Assembly: GCF_006345805.1 (NCBI RefSeq)
Contig: NC_043012.1
Coordinates: 12,524,001-12,588,000 of the forward strand
Source: Octopus sinensis
Taxonomy: Eukaryota
Length of the DNA stretch: 64,000 nt
Direction: 5' to 3'
The position numbers were made by a program, and so were the translations under genes. Each line of letters starts with the position of its first letter. The stretch's first letter is position 1. A model generated the notes under the pieces. It ran no database searches, had not been told where the DNA came from, and saw nothing but the letters and a program-made list of their open reading frames with translations. Of this stretch, positions 25,681-38,552 are shown piece by piece.

Positions 25681-26146
25681 ATTATAACATAGTAAGAATA
25701 ATGTAAAAACTATATTACGGTGGCACGTTGGATTGAAATTAAATAAACTGTTTAAAAATTCAAAATTTGGAAAAAATATATAAAGTATTGTTTGCCTTAA
25801 TCAGGTTTGTGTGTAACAATATTATGAGTAGCAAGTTTTGTAAGAAACTCAAGGATTAATATGATTTTATATTTATTTGAAAGGAATAGCATTAATTATA
25901 TTTCTTACATTGTATAGCTTCGATTTATTTCTTTGATTTATGAGTCGTAGAAATAATAGAATTGCTGCGTGTATAAAATGTCATACTTAAATTATAAAAG
26001 TACTCGGCTCACCGTTTGGAAAAATTGATTTAGAATTTCATTTGATCTAGATTAATTTAATCTTGCATGTAACCTACAAATAACTAAATGTTTTGTTTGA
26101 AAAAAGGCACTTATCGGAAATTTTTCAATATCAGTATCTCAAATTA

Positions 26147-27023
26147 CGTAGTCTGATCAATAAGTATCCGGACTGTTGTCATAGTAACGAAGCTAAAGCC
26201 CGCAGCGTGAAACCGCTTGTAACAGATTGATATTGAACTCTTGCTGTGCATGCATATTATGTTTTAACGTTCTAACCCTCTTCCGCTATTTATAGCAGTG
26301 CTTGGAAGGAAGGTGTGTAACGTTTGATCGTTTCACTGAATATTACGGAGAAAGATGAAAAGAAAATAAGCTTCACGATACCCGCTCAGAGGCTTATGCA
26401 AAGTTTTCAAGCAGTTTTCATCGTTCTCGTCACAATCAAGGAAATCTTGTGCAACTGAAATTCGAGTGTTTTCCTGGTCAGCTGAAAGCAGTTTTGGTAC
26501 AAATTTGATGGACATGCGTATCATACCCAAATCTTCAGTGATAATGGACTGAACTAATACGTAACAAATCTGCACATCCTCTGGTAACTTATGGGTGGTG
26601 ATTCGACGATTTCCTCCACAGCTGCACGCACATATGCGATGTGTTTCTCAGTTCTGCTGCCTGCGGCTCTCCCAGAATTTTCGTCACTATTGACATTTTT
26701 TCGGCCATCTTGTAAAAGTCTGAACCACTCGTGCACTTGTGTGTGGGTCAAACACTCCTCTCCATACACTTTCTGCAACTTTGTGTAGGCCTCTGAGCAG
26801 GTATTGCCATGGCAACATTTTTCTGTTATGGTCAATGCGACGGTCACACGTTACACACGTTATTTCCAAGCACTGCTGTAAACAGGGGAAGTGAGCTAAA
26901 ACATTAACATTTAGTGCGCATGCACAGCAGATGTCAAGGTCAATCTGTGCCCTGTGGCTTCACTTTGCATGCTTTAGCTTCGTTACTATCGCAACAGTTC
27001 GGATACTTATTGATCAGAGCTCG
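26147..27023 (-). mobile_element. Internally deleted mariner-like element with ~190-bp long TIRs and TA TSD
   Basis: TA|CG.AG.TCTGATCAATAAGTATCCG.ACTGTTG..ATAGTAACGAAGCTAAAGC at both ends. Internal minus-strand transposase N-terminus EAYTKLQKVYGEECL..QVHEWF...SGR and EDLGM...KFVPKLLS. Confidence 0.88.
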
Positions 27024-28238
27024 TAAGTAAATTATTTTCACACACACAAGAAATTTTAGAAGTCTGGCATGTAAGTATGAGACTTGTTTCGCTGGCGACG
27101 TGAAATAAAACCAAAACCTGTCTGAAGTTGCACTCTAGCTATTACAGCTCAGCTCGATTCAACCCCTTTGAATTTCTTAATTCTCTCCTTTGTCCCGTTT
27201 GGGAAGAATTGTCAGTAACGGTAATGATTTTCTGAAAATTACGGGATGACTTTCGGTTGATTAAAACTGTTTAGCGGTTCATTATACAAAATATGTTAAG
27301 CCGCAATTCACGGTGAAGTATTATAATTTTTATCATAATTATTAATGAAGCTGGAGTGAGTTAGATGTTGCAGATATCTTTAGCAAGAAGTTCAGACCTT
27401 TTTATCATGTTATACATCAATTTAAATTGATCTCATTTATAATTTATTCTGCTATGATCAACACTAGAAATTCTAGTATTTCTATGACTGATAAATTATG
27501 GAAAGACATCTAAGCTATACACTATCATAAAAATAATTAATGCAATTTGGCGATAGTGGGTAAGTAAATTACATCGACCCTAGTGTTTAACTGGTACTTA
27601 TTGTATCAATCCTGAAAGTGATGAAATTCAAAGACAATCTTGGCGGAATTTAAACACATTGTAAATACGAACGGATTATCGCCCAGCATTTCGCCCGCCA
27701 TGTTAACAATTCTGCTGGCTTGCCACTTTATAGAGTAAATGAATGTTATCAGCATATGTTTTTAGAATCTCCAGCTTTGAGAAACTGCTACGATACTTTG
27801 TGCGCTGGGAGAATTTGTCCAGCTTTATGCAATTTATTTTAAACATATAGAGATATTCGGCAACGTATTTCAAAAGACTAAAACGTTTCTAGCGTATTCG
27901 AGATGTGCTGAATAAATTTTTTGTTTGTTTTTTCTTCTGTGATTAAAATTACTTTCTTCTTGAAGTAAAGATGAAAATAATTAATAACAATTCTCAAAGG
28001 AGAGTTGAAAAGTGCTTTACAAAAATATATTTTTCAAATACCATAATTTCATATGATTGCAGTTTTAGTACTACATGTGTGGTCTGCTTAAGATTACATG
28101 ATTCAAAAGAACAATGAATAATGAAATCAGTAAAGCATTCATAGGGTACCACGAATTTTCAACAATCTTTTAGATTTTTAAAATAATCGTGGAATTTCAC
28201 GGATAGTACTTATTATTGATTAAATATATTAAATATTT

Positions 28239-28571
28239 GAGTAGTTGTATACTGTCAACTTAAAATGACAGTCTCATGAAGGTAATCACACTACTGCTAT
28301 TTAGCCCTAGGAAGCAGCAACGCTTCCTACCGGCCTTGACACATTTCATGTGTCCTTATGCTACTCCAGACTGATGACGAGCAAAGACACAGAAACTAGT
28401 CTCTGATGCAGGTTCAGCTGGGTGGAGGTGCTTATCTCCCCTTGTAAACATAAAGACACAGGAAATGTGTCAGGGCCGACAGGAAGCGTTGCTGCTTCCT
28501 AGGGCTAAATAGCAGTAGTGTGATTCCCTTTATGGGACTGTCCATATTAAGTTGACAGTATACGACTACTC
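28239..28571. repeat. Fold-back: ~122-bp inverted arms (28239-28360 and 28449-28571) around an 88-bp spacer
   Basis: ACTACTGCTATTTAGCCCTAGGAAGCAGCAACGCTTCCT and its reverse complement are both present. The spacer holds a CTGATGA...GAAACTAGTC motif. Confidence 0.92.
28367..28405 (+). ncRNA. Minimal hammerhead-like motif with canonical core, stem II degenerate
   Basis: CAGA-CUGAUGA-(14 nt, unpaired)-GAAA-CUAG-UC-UCUG: stem I CAGA/UCUG, palindromic stem III ACUAGU, GUC triplet. Confidence 0.5.
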
Positions 28572-28739
28572 TATCGTACCACTACTGCATATATCTCTCT
28601 GAGATATTTAGAAATGTAATATTTCTACATTAAATATTCGTTAAAACACTATAATAATTAGAAAACTACTATTTGTAAATCTCACAATGAGAGATATTCA
28701 GCTACAGCACTTTGGAGTAAAGATTATTTCCAACATATC

Positions 28740-30585
28740 ATGGCAGTCCTGGTTTAGGACGAATGTTGCTGTAATTTAGCCCCTTGAGACATCGTCGAAA
28801 ACTACGTATTTCGAAAGGGCAAATTGGCTGCGCCATCTCTAGCAGAAAAATGGTGACGAACAACCTGGAACACAGTTGTGTGAAGTTGGTGCTTGAGTAT
28901 ACGTGTAAATCGCTTTGTTGATGCTTGTTGAAGGTCTTTCGTACCTACTGTTAAATAATTGAATTGCTTAATTGTTATTTTTGCTTAATTGTTTTCTTCC
29001 CCATTTATGGGTGAAGTTGTTGCAAACGAGAAAATGGAGACCCAACCAGTCGGTAGCTATACTGCAGCAACCAGAAAGGGTTTTACCGCGGATTTACTAC
29101 AACTGAGAGAAGTGAAACTTGAGGAGAAAAGGTTGGAGTTTAACGAACTCATCGCAAAGGAGAGTACCAGCCTGAGGCTGACCCCACCTAAAGAAGTGAC
29201 AGAGAAGACGACGAAAATGACAGCAGTCTATAAATCGCGGTCCACAGCAACTAAAAAGGTAGATATAGCTACGGTGAAAGCAGTGGAAGAATGCTTGAAG
29301 GATATAATGGAACTCACGACATTTTATACTAGAGGAAAGAAGTACGGCATAGTGAGGTTCGGTTAGCGACCGAACAGGACGCGATAAAGTACTCCACTGT
29401 GCCGTTGATGTCTTCAGAGTGGGCACTACTGCCAACCATCTGTGGCAAACGTGTGGCCAGAGTGAGGATTGGTAGAGTGCTCCCCAGACACCGATGTGGC
29501 GTGGCTGGTGGTAGCCATCCTCTTCAATACGGAGGAAGAAACAAGAATTTTCATGGTTACAAGAACAACAGAGGTAAACTGCTGGGGATACGGCCTCGAG
29601 GTGACGGTCCAAATCAGTTTACCGGATTTGCATAAACTCACAGAATAAACTGTATTGCCCGAGGATGTAAAGCTGAGAGTGGTAGTGAAGGCGGCGAGCT
29701 GGCAGAAACGTTAGCACACCGGGCGAAATGCTTATCGGTATTTCGTCTGCTGCTACGTTCTGAGTTCAAATTCCGCCGAGGTCGACTTTACCTTTCATCC
29801 TTTCGGGGTCGAATAAATAAGTACCAGTTACGCACTGGGTTCGATATAATCGACTTAATCTGTTTGTCTGTCCTTCTTTGTCCTCTCTGTATTTAGCCCC
29901 TTGTGGGTAGTAAAGAAATAGGTAGTGGAGGGAAGACATCCCGTCTGCCACCACTGTATATTACGGGGACACATGAAAGCGAGGTGTCCCCAGAAACACG
30001 AAGAAGATGTAAAACAAGAGCAGCAAGAAGAGGAAGAAGAAGAATGAGTTGAGGCACAAATGCAAGTAAGCGGAAAGAATACAGAAAATGTCCAATGGAA
30101 AAGCCAGACTCAAGCGTCGAACGAAACGCTAGAAAATTTGGCTGACAGGGTGTTTTTAGGGAGGGGTTAACCATAAGAGTATCCGTTGAGGGACGTAGGT
30201 CTTGTTACTTTAAATGTGGAGAAAAGAGCCACGTCCGCTCAAAGTGCACGAAAAAGAAAGACAACGAGGCCCCTCCCCAAGAAACTGCGAAGGTGGTGAG
30301 AGGAAGAAACGAAAAGTCGGAAAACACAATGATTGGGTGGGGCACCGAATAAAATGATTGACCGCTTGAGATGATCATGTGAACGGAGGTTTGAACTCCA
30401 TGTGTCGATCTCGCAGAAGAGTACCGTCATTGGGAGTCGATTCACTGGCATCCGAATCATATTGGCCAACCTAACGGAGAAAATGACACATGTACAAGAA
30501 AAACAAAAGGACTCTAATAGAAACGAAAACAACTCAAAGCCTGCTATCAAACCAATTGAAAGAAAAAGTACAGCAGCAACAAATG
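28740..30585 (+). mobile_element. Decayed gag-like ORF1 of a retroelement with two CCHC zinc knuckles (boundaries approximate)
   Basis: After removing the SINE at 29688-29920 the frame reads LRVVVEGRHPVCHHCILRGHMKARCP. A second knuckle VEGRRSCYFKCGEKSHVRSKC lies at ~30185-30247. Upstream broken ORF 28989-29640. Confidence 0.7.
29688..29920 (+). mobile_element. SINE family a monomer with TSD GGTAGTG, nested in the gag-like ORF
   Basis: TSD at 29681-29687 and 29921-29927; complete head and tail. Confidence 0.88.
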
Positions 30586-30838
30586 TATGTATATAATTAC
30601 ACAAGCATACACGCACGCGCAATGACATATGTCTCTGAGAGAAAGAGTTTATTGGCAGAATCCATCACCATCCCTGATATTACAACTATATCAGGTTTAA
30701 TACAAGGTTTTATATCATGTCTGTTGAACGAAATATATATGTTTGTGTACGTCTGTGGAGTATGCAGGTATCCATGAGTGTATGCATCTATCTGTCTATA
30801 TATATGTATGTGTGTATGTATGTGTGTGTTCATATATG

Positions 30839-30879
<41 letters not shown>

Positions 30880-30932
30880 ATGCATACATGCATGCATACA
30901 TACATACATACATACATATATATGTATGTATG

Positions 30933-30983
<51 letters not shown>

Positions 30984-31461
30984 TATATATATATTCTCGC
31001 ATATATGTCATCAAGAAAATATAGTTGATATATATGATATATACACTATTCACATTTACATTTCGAATGAAGAGCGGTGAAGATCAGTCACATTTCAACA
31101 GAATGCTATTGGTTTCCGGCCTGAGAGAGATTCTAATGTCAATATCATAAAGGTCAAATTTCTGGTGACCTATAAGTATCACTTTACATCTCAGGTGAGA
31201 TTGTTGTGAAATGGCTAAGTGGTTAGCATCTAGCATGTAGGTTTCCATTTTCAAACTAACTATACACGTTTTCGTTATGTATTTGAACAGAACAGTTAAG
31301 TTTGCATGCTTTACTATGCCTTGTGTCTATAGTTGAAAGGATTATTATTATTAAAGGATAAAATTTTCAAGCGCAATACATACATAAATAAATACATACA
31401 TATATATACATACGTATATATATATTAATACATATAAAATTGAATGCACACACAGACAATT

Positions 31462-31499
<38 letters not shown>

Positions 31500-31501
<2 letters not shown>

Positions 31502-31620
31502 ATTAGAAAAAAACCACCTTTTATCAATTCAATAATGAAAAATTAAATATACCATTTATAATTTTCTAAACGTGATAATTTAACTTTTCATTATTGAATT
31601 GATAAAAGGTGTTTTTTCTA

Positions 31621-31625
<5 letters not shown>
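31500..31625. repeat. Fold-back (~48-bp arms) between (TA)n tracts
   Basis: AAATTAGAAAAAA..CACCTTTTATCAATTCAATAATGAAAA and its reverse complement. Confidence 0.88.
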
Positions 31626-31665
<40 letters not shown>

Positions 31666-31679
31666 TAAACAGTAAAAAT

Positions 31680-31875
31680 AATTACAGACATGGACAAGAC
31701 ATGAAACACCACAGAGACGACACAAGAACACAGGACGGGACATTCGAAGCCCTCAGTCATCCGTCAAGAACCAGATCATCTTAGCAATTTCGGCTGATTA
31801 ATCTTGAGAGACGACACAAGAACCACAGGACGGACATTCGAAGCCCTCAGTCATCAGTCAAGAACCAGATCATCT
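31680..31875. mobile_element. Short interspersed repeat with an internal ~68-bp duplication; related copy at ~36757-36870
   Basis: GAGACGACACAAGAAC..GGACGG.ACATTCGAAGCCCTCAGTCATC.GTCAAGAACCAGATCATC occurs twice; similar sequence at 36790-36870. All are (TA)n-flanked. Confidence 0.6.
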
Positions 31876-31876
31876 T

Positions 31877-31935
<59 letters not shown>

Positions 31936-31937
<2 letters not shown>

Positions 31938-32508
31938 ACAAAGTGGAGTTGTAAGGTACCGCACGAGTGGAATTATATATGAAAGAATGTTTGAAAATGC
32001 AATCTCAAAAGATGTTTATTTACTTGACCGGTTTCACTTTTTTTAGAAAAAGATTGTCAAAAGTAACATGTAAAAGCTTGGTTGTGTTAGGTACTGGTTG
32101 TCACAAAATATTACAATATATATATATATATATATATATATACATTCTTTGATAAGAACATGTTAAAAACAGTTTACCAGGGAAAAACTTGGGAAAATAT
32201 AAAAACGTTTAACAAGTTCATTAAAATACAGATGTTGCATATTGAGAAAGAAGAGGCAGTCAGGATTTTAGATAATTCTTTATTAGCGCCTCCGTTCGTT
32301 TTTCGAACTCGTGAAGACAAAATTAAAATCAAATGTAACTTTTTGGGACTTACAATTTCCTGTGTATATTTATATACAGATACAATACCAATATTCTTCT
32401 GAACGAATAATTCTTTCTGTAAACTGTTTTAACATTCTCTAAGTATCAAAGAATGTATATATGTATTGTAATCTTTGGTACCCAATGTTTTAATGAACTT
32501 ATCAAAGA

Positions 32509-32555
<47 letters not shown>

Positions 32556-32731
32556 AATATTTTGTGACAACCAGTACCTAACACAGCAAAGCTTTTACAT
32601 GTTACTTTTGACAATCTTTTTCTAAAAAAGTGAAACTGGTCAAGTGAATAAACATCTTTTAAAATTGCATTTTCAAACCTTCTTTTATATATAATTCCAC
32701 TCGTGTGGTACCTTACAATTCCACTTTGTTA
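31936..32731. repeat. Fold-back: ~220-bp inverted arms around a ~340-bp spacer, each arm with a hammerhead-like motif
   Basis: Arms ~31936-32154 and ~32499-32731 are reverse complements. The minus ORF at 32429 repeats the peptide SKVTCKS..VLGTGCHKILQY seen in the plus ORF at 31967. Confidence 0.92.
32021..32065 (-). ncRNA. Hammerhead-like motif, U3-A8 core variant (mirror copy on + at 32603-32645)
   Basis: UACUU-UUGACAA-U.CUUUUU(cuaa)AAAAAG.U-GAAA-CCGG-UC-AAGUA: 5-bp stem I, palindromic ACCGGU stem III, GUC triplet. Stem II is closed by a U-U mismatch. Confidence 0.5.
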
Positions 32732-33319
32732 TATATATATATATATATGAGATAAGTCACTTGCCCAAGGTGAGTTCGAAACCCCGTGTTCGCAAAACTA
32801 CGCAGATGCATCTGCCCCTAGAATTATTGCCAATCATGTTATGTACTGAAGCAGCTAGTCGATGATTTAAACCGTCTCTTTAATATACAGCTTTTACCTA
32901 TATTTGAAACTGTATTTTGCATTAGATCAATCCTGACTTTTTCGACATTGTAATCGTTGAGTAACGCCTGATTTGTCCTACAGGTCTACAACATTATGTA
33001 CAACGGGTTTTTGGAGTTGCCTTCTGAGAAGCCTGCTCGTTGCAAATATTTTTGATAAATAAATAGATTACAGAGGCGTAGTGTCTTCTTGCCGTTTATC
33101 TGTATTCTCTCCTAAGCCGATGCAAATGAGCAGAAAAAATACGCGTGGAAATTGACTTGTCATTGGGGTCAGTAAAGGAAACCAATTGTTACGTGTAACG
33201 ATGCAAGCTATTCTAACCCCTAAATTTTAACTGAGTTCCAGATTCATTACCAAAGAAAAAAAGAAAAAGTAAAAACGTCTCAAATATAATATTTCCTAAC
33301 ACATGCCTCTACTCCCCAC

Positions 33320-33390
<71 letters not shown>

Positions 33391-33476
33391 CATACACGTA
33401 TATATAAATACACACATAGGCGCGCCTACATCGTCTCTGGAGTTATATACTGTTTCTAATAAAGCGATAGGAAATA

Positions 33477-33690
33477 AGGTGGCGAGCTGACAGAATTGTA
33501 AGTACGCCGGTCAAAATGATTAGCGGTATTTCGTCTGTCTTTACGTTCTGAGTTCAAATTCCAGCATGATCAACTTTGCCTTTCATCCTTTTCTGGGTCG
33601 ATAAAATAATTACCAGTTGAGCATTGGGGTTGAAGCAATCGACATGCTCCGAGCCCAAAATTGGTGGCCTTCTACTGAAAATAGAATCCA
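33477..33690 (+). mobile_element. SINE family a, diverged
   Basis: AGGTGGCGAGCTGACAGAA..GTTCTGAGTTCAAATTCC..CTTTGCCTTTCATCCTTT. Confidence 0.75.
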
Positions 33691-34073
33691 ATATAGAGAC
33701 ACAAAGAGAAAAATTTGGATAATGGGTTTGTCTATTACATCCAATCAAATATTAAACGTTCTTAGACTTTATGTGATCCCCACACGTGAAAGGATGAATG
33801 GTAAATTTGACATCGACGAGATTTGAACCCAGAACTCAAAAGCCTGAAGCAAAATACCACTGACGATTCTACCAATCGATTACATTTATAATTTCTAACT
33901 TATGTCAGACAGTTATGTCAGACAATGAAGAGATTAGTGGAATGCATTGAGTCACTTACAGCCACCTCATCATGATATATTGATGCAGTACCGGGAGCGA
34001 TTTAATAAACTAACTTCTATAAATTTCTCGTCATAAAAGGCTAAAAATCGATTCAGGTTATTTAAAAATACAC

Positions 34074-34468
34074 TTTTACTCTTTTTACTCTTTTATTTGT
34101 TTCAGTCTTTTGACTGCAGCCAAGCTGGAGCACCGCCTTTAGTCGAGCAAACCGACCCCAGGTCTTATTCTTAAGAAGCCTAGTACTTATTCTATCGGTC
34201 TTTTTCCCGAACCGCTAGGTTACGGAGACGTAAACACACCACATTCGGTTGTCAAGCGATGTTGGGGGACAAACACACACACACACGCACACACACATAC
34301 ATATATACGACGGGCTTCTTATAGTTTCCGTCTACCAAATCCACTCACAAGGCTTTGGTCGGCCCGAGGCTATAGCAGAAGATACTTGCCCAATATGCCA
34401 CGCAGTGGGACTGAACAAGGAAACCATGTAGTTGGTAAGCAAGCTACTTTCCACACAGCCACTTCTGC
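34074..34468 (-). mobile_element. SINE family b
   Basis: Collinear with 3206-3607. Confidence 0.85.
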
Positions 34469-34689
34469 TTATGAATAAAAACTTTCTAGCCGTGGCCATC
34501 TCTTTTCTATCCTTCTTAAGATTTGACTTTCATTTCTAGCACATTGTCTGACCATGCAGATTCTCACTCGAATGTTTCAGGCAGACTCGGATTTTACATC
34601 TGAAATCGCACTTCATAGATTTAATAATAAAAGATTAATCAAGGGAGAGAACTCTAAATAAAAAAGAAACGTACTAAGAGTAGCCTACC

Positions 34690-34730
<41 letters not shown>

Positions 34731-35249
34731 TCGCAAGGGTTTCATCGTTTGAAATATTTCACTACAGTTTTAGGTTGTTGGAAATTAGTTGTCACTAATA
34801 CGAGTAAGTCGTTTATATCATTAACATTGAAATTTTAGATATTAACGTTTGAAATACTAACGTTTGAAATATAAAGTGAAATGAACTTGTGATTTTAATT
34901 AATAATTTTAATTGTTCCAAATCTAAAAAATCATGTATTTATTTTAACCAACACCATTATTTTTACTAAGATGTTTAGATTATTGAACAGGATATAGACT
35001 TTCTGCAATTACACTGATAGTTATAGGTTTTTAAATATCCACTTGCTGTATCTTTCTTATAACAATGAAAATGTTTTTCATTTAGAAGTGTTTGATATTT
35101 ACTAGGCACAAATTACTGTGCTGCAGAATTGAATGTATTCTAACAGCAATGGATCCTGCATCATGATTTAAGTTTTTTCGGTCACTAAGTCACATCGGTT
35201 ACAAATCACTATCACCTTCTTCGAAATACGTAGTTTTGATTGGTCTATT

Positions 35250-35629
35250 TTTACTCTGTTACTCTTTTACTTGTTTCAGTCATTTGACTGCGGCCATGCT
35301 CGAGCACCGCCTTTAGTCGAGCAAATCGACCCCAGGATTTATTCTTTGTAAGCCTAGTACTTATTCTACCGGTTCTCTATTGCCGAACCGCTAGGTTACG
35401 GGGACGTAAACACAGCACCATTGGTTGTCAAGCGATGTTGGGGGGACAAACACAGACACAAAAACATATACACACATATATACATATATACGACAGGCTT
35501 CTTTGAGTTTCCGTCTACCAAATCCACTCACAAGGCTTTGGTCGACCCGAAGGTATATTTTAAGACACTTGCCAAGACTGAACCCGGAACCATGTGGTTG
35601 GTAAGCAAGCTACTTACCACACAGCCTGC
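35250..35629 (-). mobile_element. SINE family b with internal deletion
   Basis: Collinear with 3206-3607. Confidence 0.85.
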
Positions 35630-36325
35630 TAAAATATTGCTCTCTCATCACTGTTAATGGCATCATATATTAGTTTCAACTTTTGGTACAAAGCCAACGG
35701 TTTCGCCCCTAGTACACAACTGGTGCTTATTTTCTCGACTCGAAACGGATAAAAGACATACCCGACGCTAAGAATTTTCCCGACACTCTAACGATTCTGC
35801 CAGTTCGTCACCTTAATCGTATTATATATCAAATAATAGAAACCACTAAAGCGACTGCGACTCTCTGTAGTACGTATCCCTGCTGGAACAAGTAACCAAA
35901 TCTTCCATGAAGAACGGCCTATCGAATGAAAAATGGAAACTACAATAAATAAAACCCTCAACAACCCAATTTGTGACGAGACCCACAACTCACTGGAAAC
36001 TTATTAAAAACCTCCCACAAATAATATTCCACGTGGAAATCTGATAAATAAAATATTTCCATACCCAACTATAAATAAGAACCCAAAACCTTCTGCATCA
36101 TAATTCACCTTAAACCAAGAAGCGAAATCTGACGTATCTTCGGCAAAACCAAAAAAGAAAATACTCGTTATGACTTCGCAATTCTACAAACAATTCATAT
36201 TATAAATATAACACGTAAGATTGTTAGTACAATCTAGGAAATTGAATTAAAATATAATAACAAAGAGGTGCGTTAATAAAACGAACGCATTACTAGAATA
36301 TCTTTACAATCACTTTAAATTTCGG

Positions 36326-36677
36326 TTTATCCAGCGCACAAGAACCATACTAAGGCACCTCTTTAAAAGGTATATTCGATCAAATAGACCCCTGTACTTA
36401 TTTATATCTTATACTTATTTTGTCGGTGACTTTTTGCTGAATCGATCGAGTAACGAAGACATCAAAACTAGCAATGATTAGCATACATAACAGAATTTGC
36501 ATTTATCCAGCGCACAAGAACCATACTAAGGCACCTCTTTAAAAGGTATATTCGATCAAATAGACCCCTGTACTTATTTATATCTTATACTTATTTTGTC
36601 GGTGACCTTTTGCTGAATCGATCGAGTAACGAAGACATCAAAACTAGCAATGTTTAGCATACATAACAGAATTTGCA
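36326..36677. repeat. Near-perfect direct tandem duplication, 2 x 176 bp
   Basis: TTTATCCAGCGCACAAGAACC... starts at 36326 and 36502; about 2 differences seen. Confidence 0.92.
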
Positions 36678-36719
36678 TATTTCCACATGTCTTTCTTCCT
36701 TTCTGCTTGTCTGCCTCTG

Positions 36720-36759
<40 letters not shown>

Positions 36760-36880
36760 CAAAATGGGACAAGAACGCAAAACATCCAGAAGACGATACA
36801 AAAAACACGGACGGGTCATTCGAAGTCTTTAATCTTCAATCAAGAACCGGATCATCCTCGCAATTTCGGCATATATATAT

Positions 36881-36941
<61 letters not shown>

Positions 36942-38386
36942 ATATATATATATATATGTATGTATGTATGTATATATGTATGTATGCTTGTGTAAGCGTG
37001 TGCGTGTGAATATACATACGTTCGCATGTATGCTTATATATGTATGAATGTACGTCCGTGAAGAGGTGCATAGATTTATGCTCAGTGTGTTTCACTCATA
37101 ATCGCAAGATTATGGTTTCGATCCCTGGACCGGGCGATTGTTGTTTTCTTGAGCAAAATATTTCATTTCACTTTTATTCAATCCACTCAAAAATGCCTAA
37201 TCCTGCGTCAGGCCTCTGCCTCGTCCAGTAGAAAATAGAAACACAACAGAATGCAAGAACTGGCGTTATATGTCTATGGCTTGGGAAAGACCTCTGATCC
37301 ATTTTATATACGTACGTGTATGCATCCGACAGGTTTACATACAATCACCACATACCAAATTCATTCGCAAGGTATTGGTCAGTCCCAGGCTGTACTACAA
37401 GACTCTTACCCAAAGCATCCGTTTTGGAACTGAAGGAATCTTATCGTAGAAAAATTAAGAAAACATTCTTAAAATATTCTGTGAATATTCTAAAATATTA
37501 CAACATACTGATATATGTTCAGCTTGTCTACAACTCATGCACAATATTTTCCATCAATATATTGATTGTTTTATCACCAATTTGGCATTTAAGGCGAAGG
37601 CTGCATGCCATTCCGCTAGCCTTTCTAGCTAGGAACAGACTGAAATAACATTAGCCGTTTTGCTAATGCTTTCTTCTCATCATTGTAACGTTCTTAATCA
37701 CAATGACAGTAACATGACACAGCGGTTAGCATGCCGAACAAAATGGTTTACCGCACTTCTGGATTTTCGTTCTGAGTTCGAATTACACTGAGGTTGACTT
37801 TGACTTTCCTCCATTTTCGTCGATACATTAAGCACCACATGAACTCTGGTGTCGATGTAATCAACTAGACTCCTCCCACTAAAATTCCGCATTGAGAGAT
37901 ATAGTTTCTTCGTATGTATATATATATATATATACACATAAAGGTAAATTACAATATCACATTAAATACAATGAGAATAATATAACTTAACATAACATAA
38001 TATTATGTAACATAAAAAATCATAAAAACCATAAAATGTGTCAAATTATTTCGGCTTATATATATATATATTTTCCTTATATAAATAATCACAGTTTCAT
38101 TATATATAAAGTCACTTAAGGGTCATGGTTTAGAAAAAGACGAAATTCTGTGTGAAAGGACGGCTGGATTGTAAAAATTAATTCAAATGTCTGTGTAATA
38201 TGAGCGTGAACAATCTTAAGTGAGATAGGGGTTATGAGTGTAACCCACTATGGGATATCATTTATCCAATATACTGCCAGTAAAGTACCCAGAAAGGCTA
38301 ATACATAAATGCTAAGAATTGCAATGCAATTATTTCATTTATTGTATTATATGGACGAAGGTAAAATATTTTACCTCAAATTCATA

Positions 38387-38552
38387 ATACAAAATAAGAA
38401 AATGGAGGAATAGATTACTTTCAATCATCAACTACTAGATAATACCAATTCATATAATTTATTAAATAATTATTTAATAAATTATATGAATTGGTATTAT
38501 CTAGTAGTTGATGATTGAAAGTAATCTATTCCTCAATTTTCTTATTTTGTAT
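38387..38552. repeat. 166-bp near-perfect spacerless palindrome
   Basis: Centre AATAA|TTATT at 38469/38470; arms ATACAAAATAAGAAAAT.GAGGAATAGATTACTTTCAATCATCAACTACTAG... with one mismatch seen. Confidence 0.95.
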
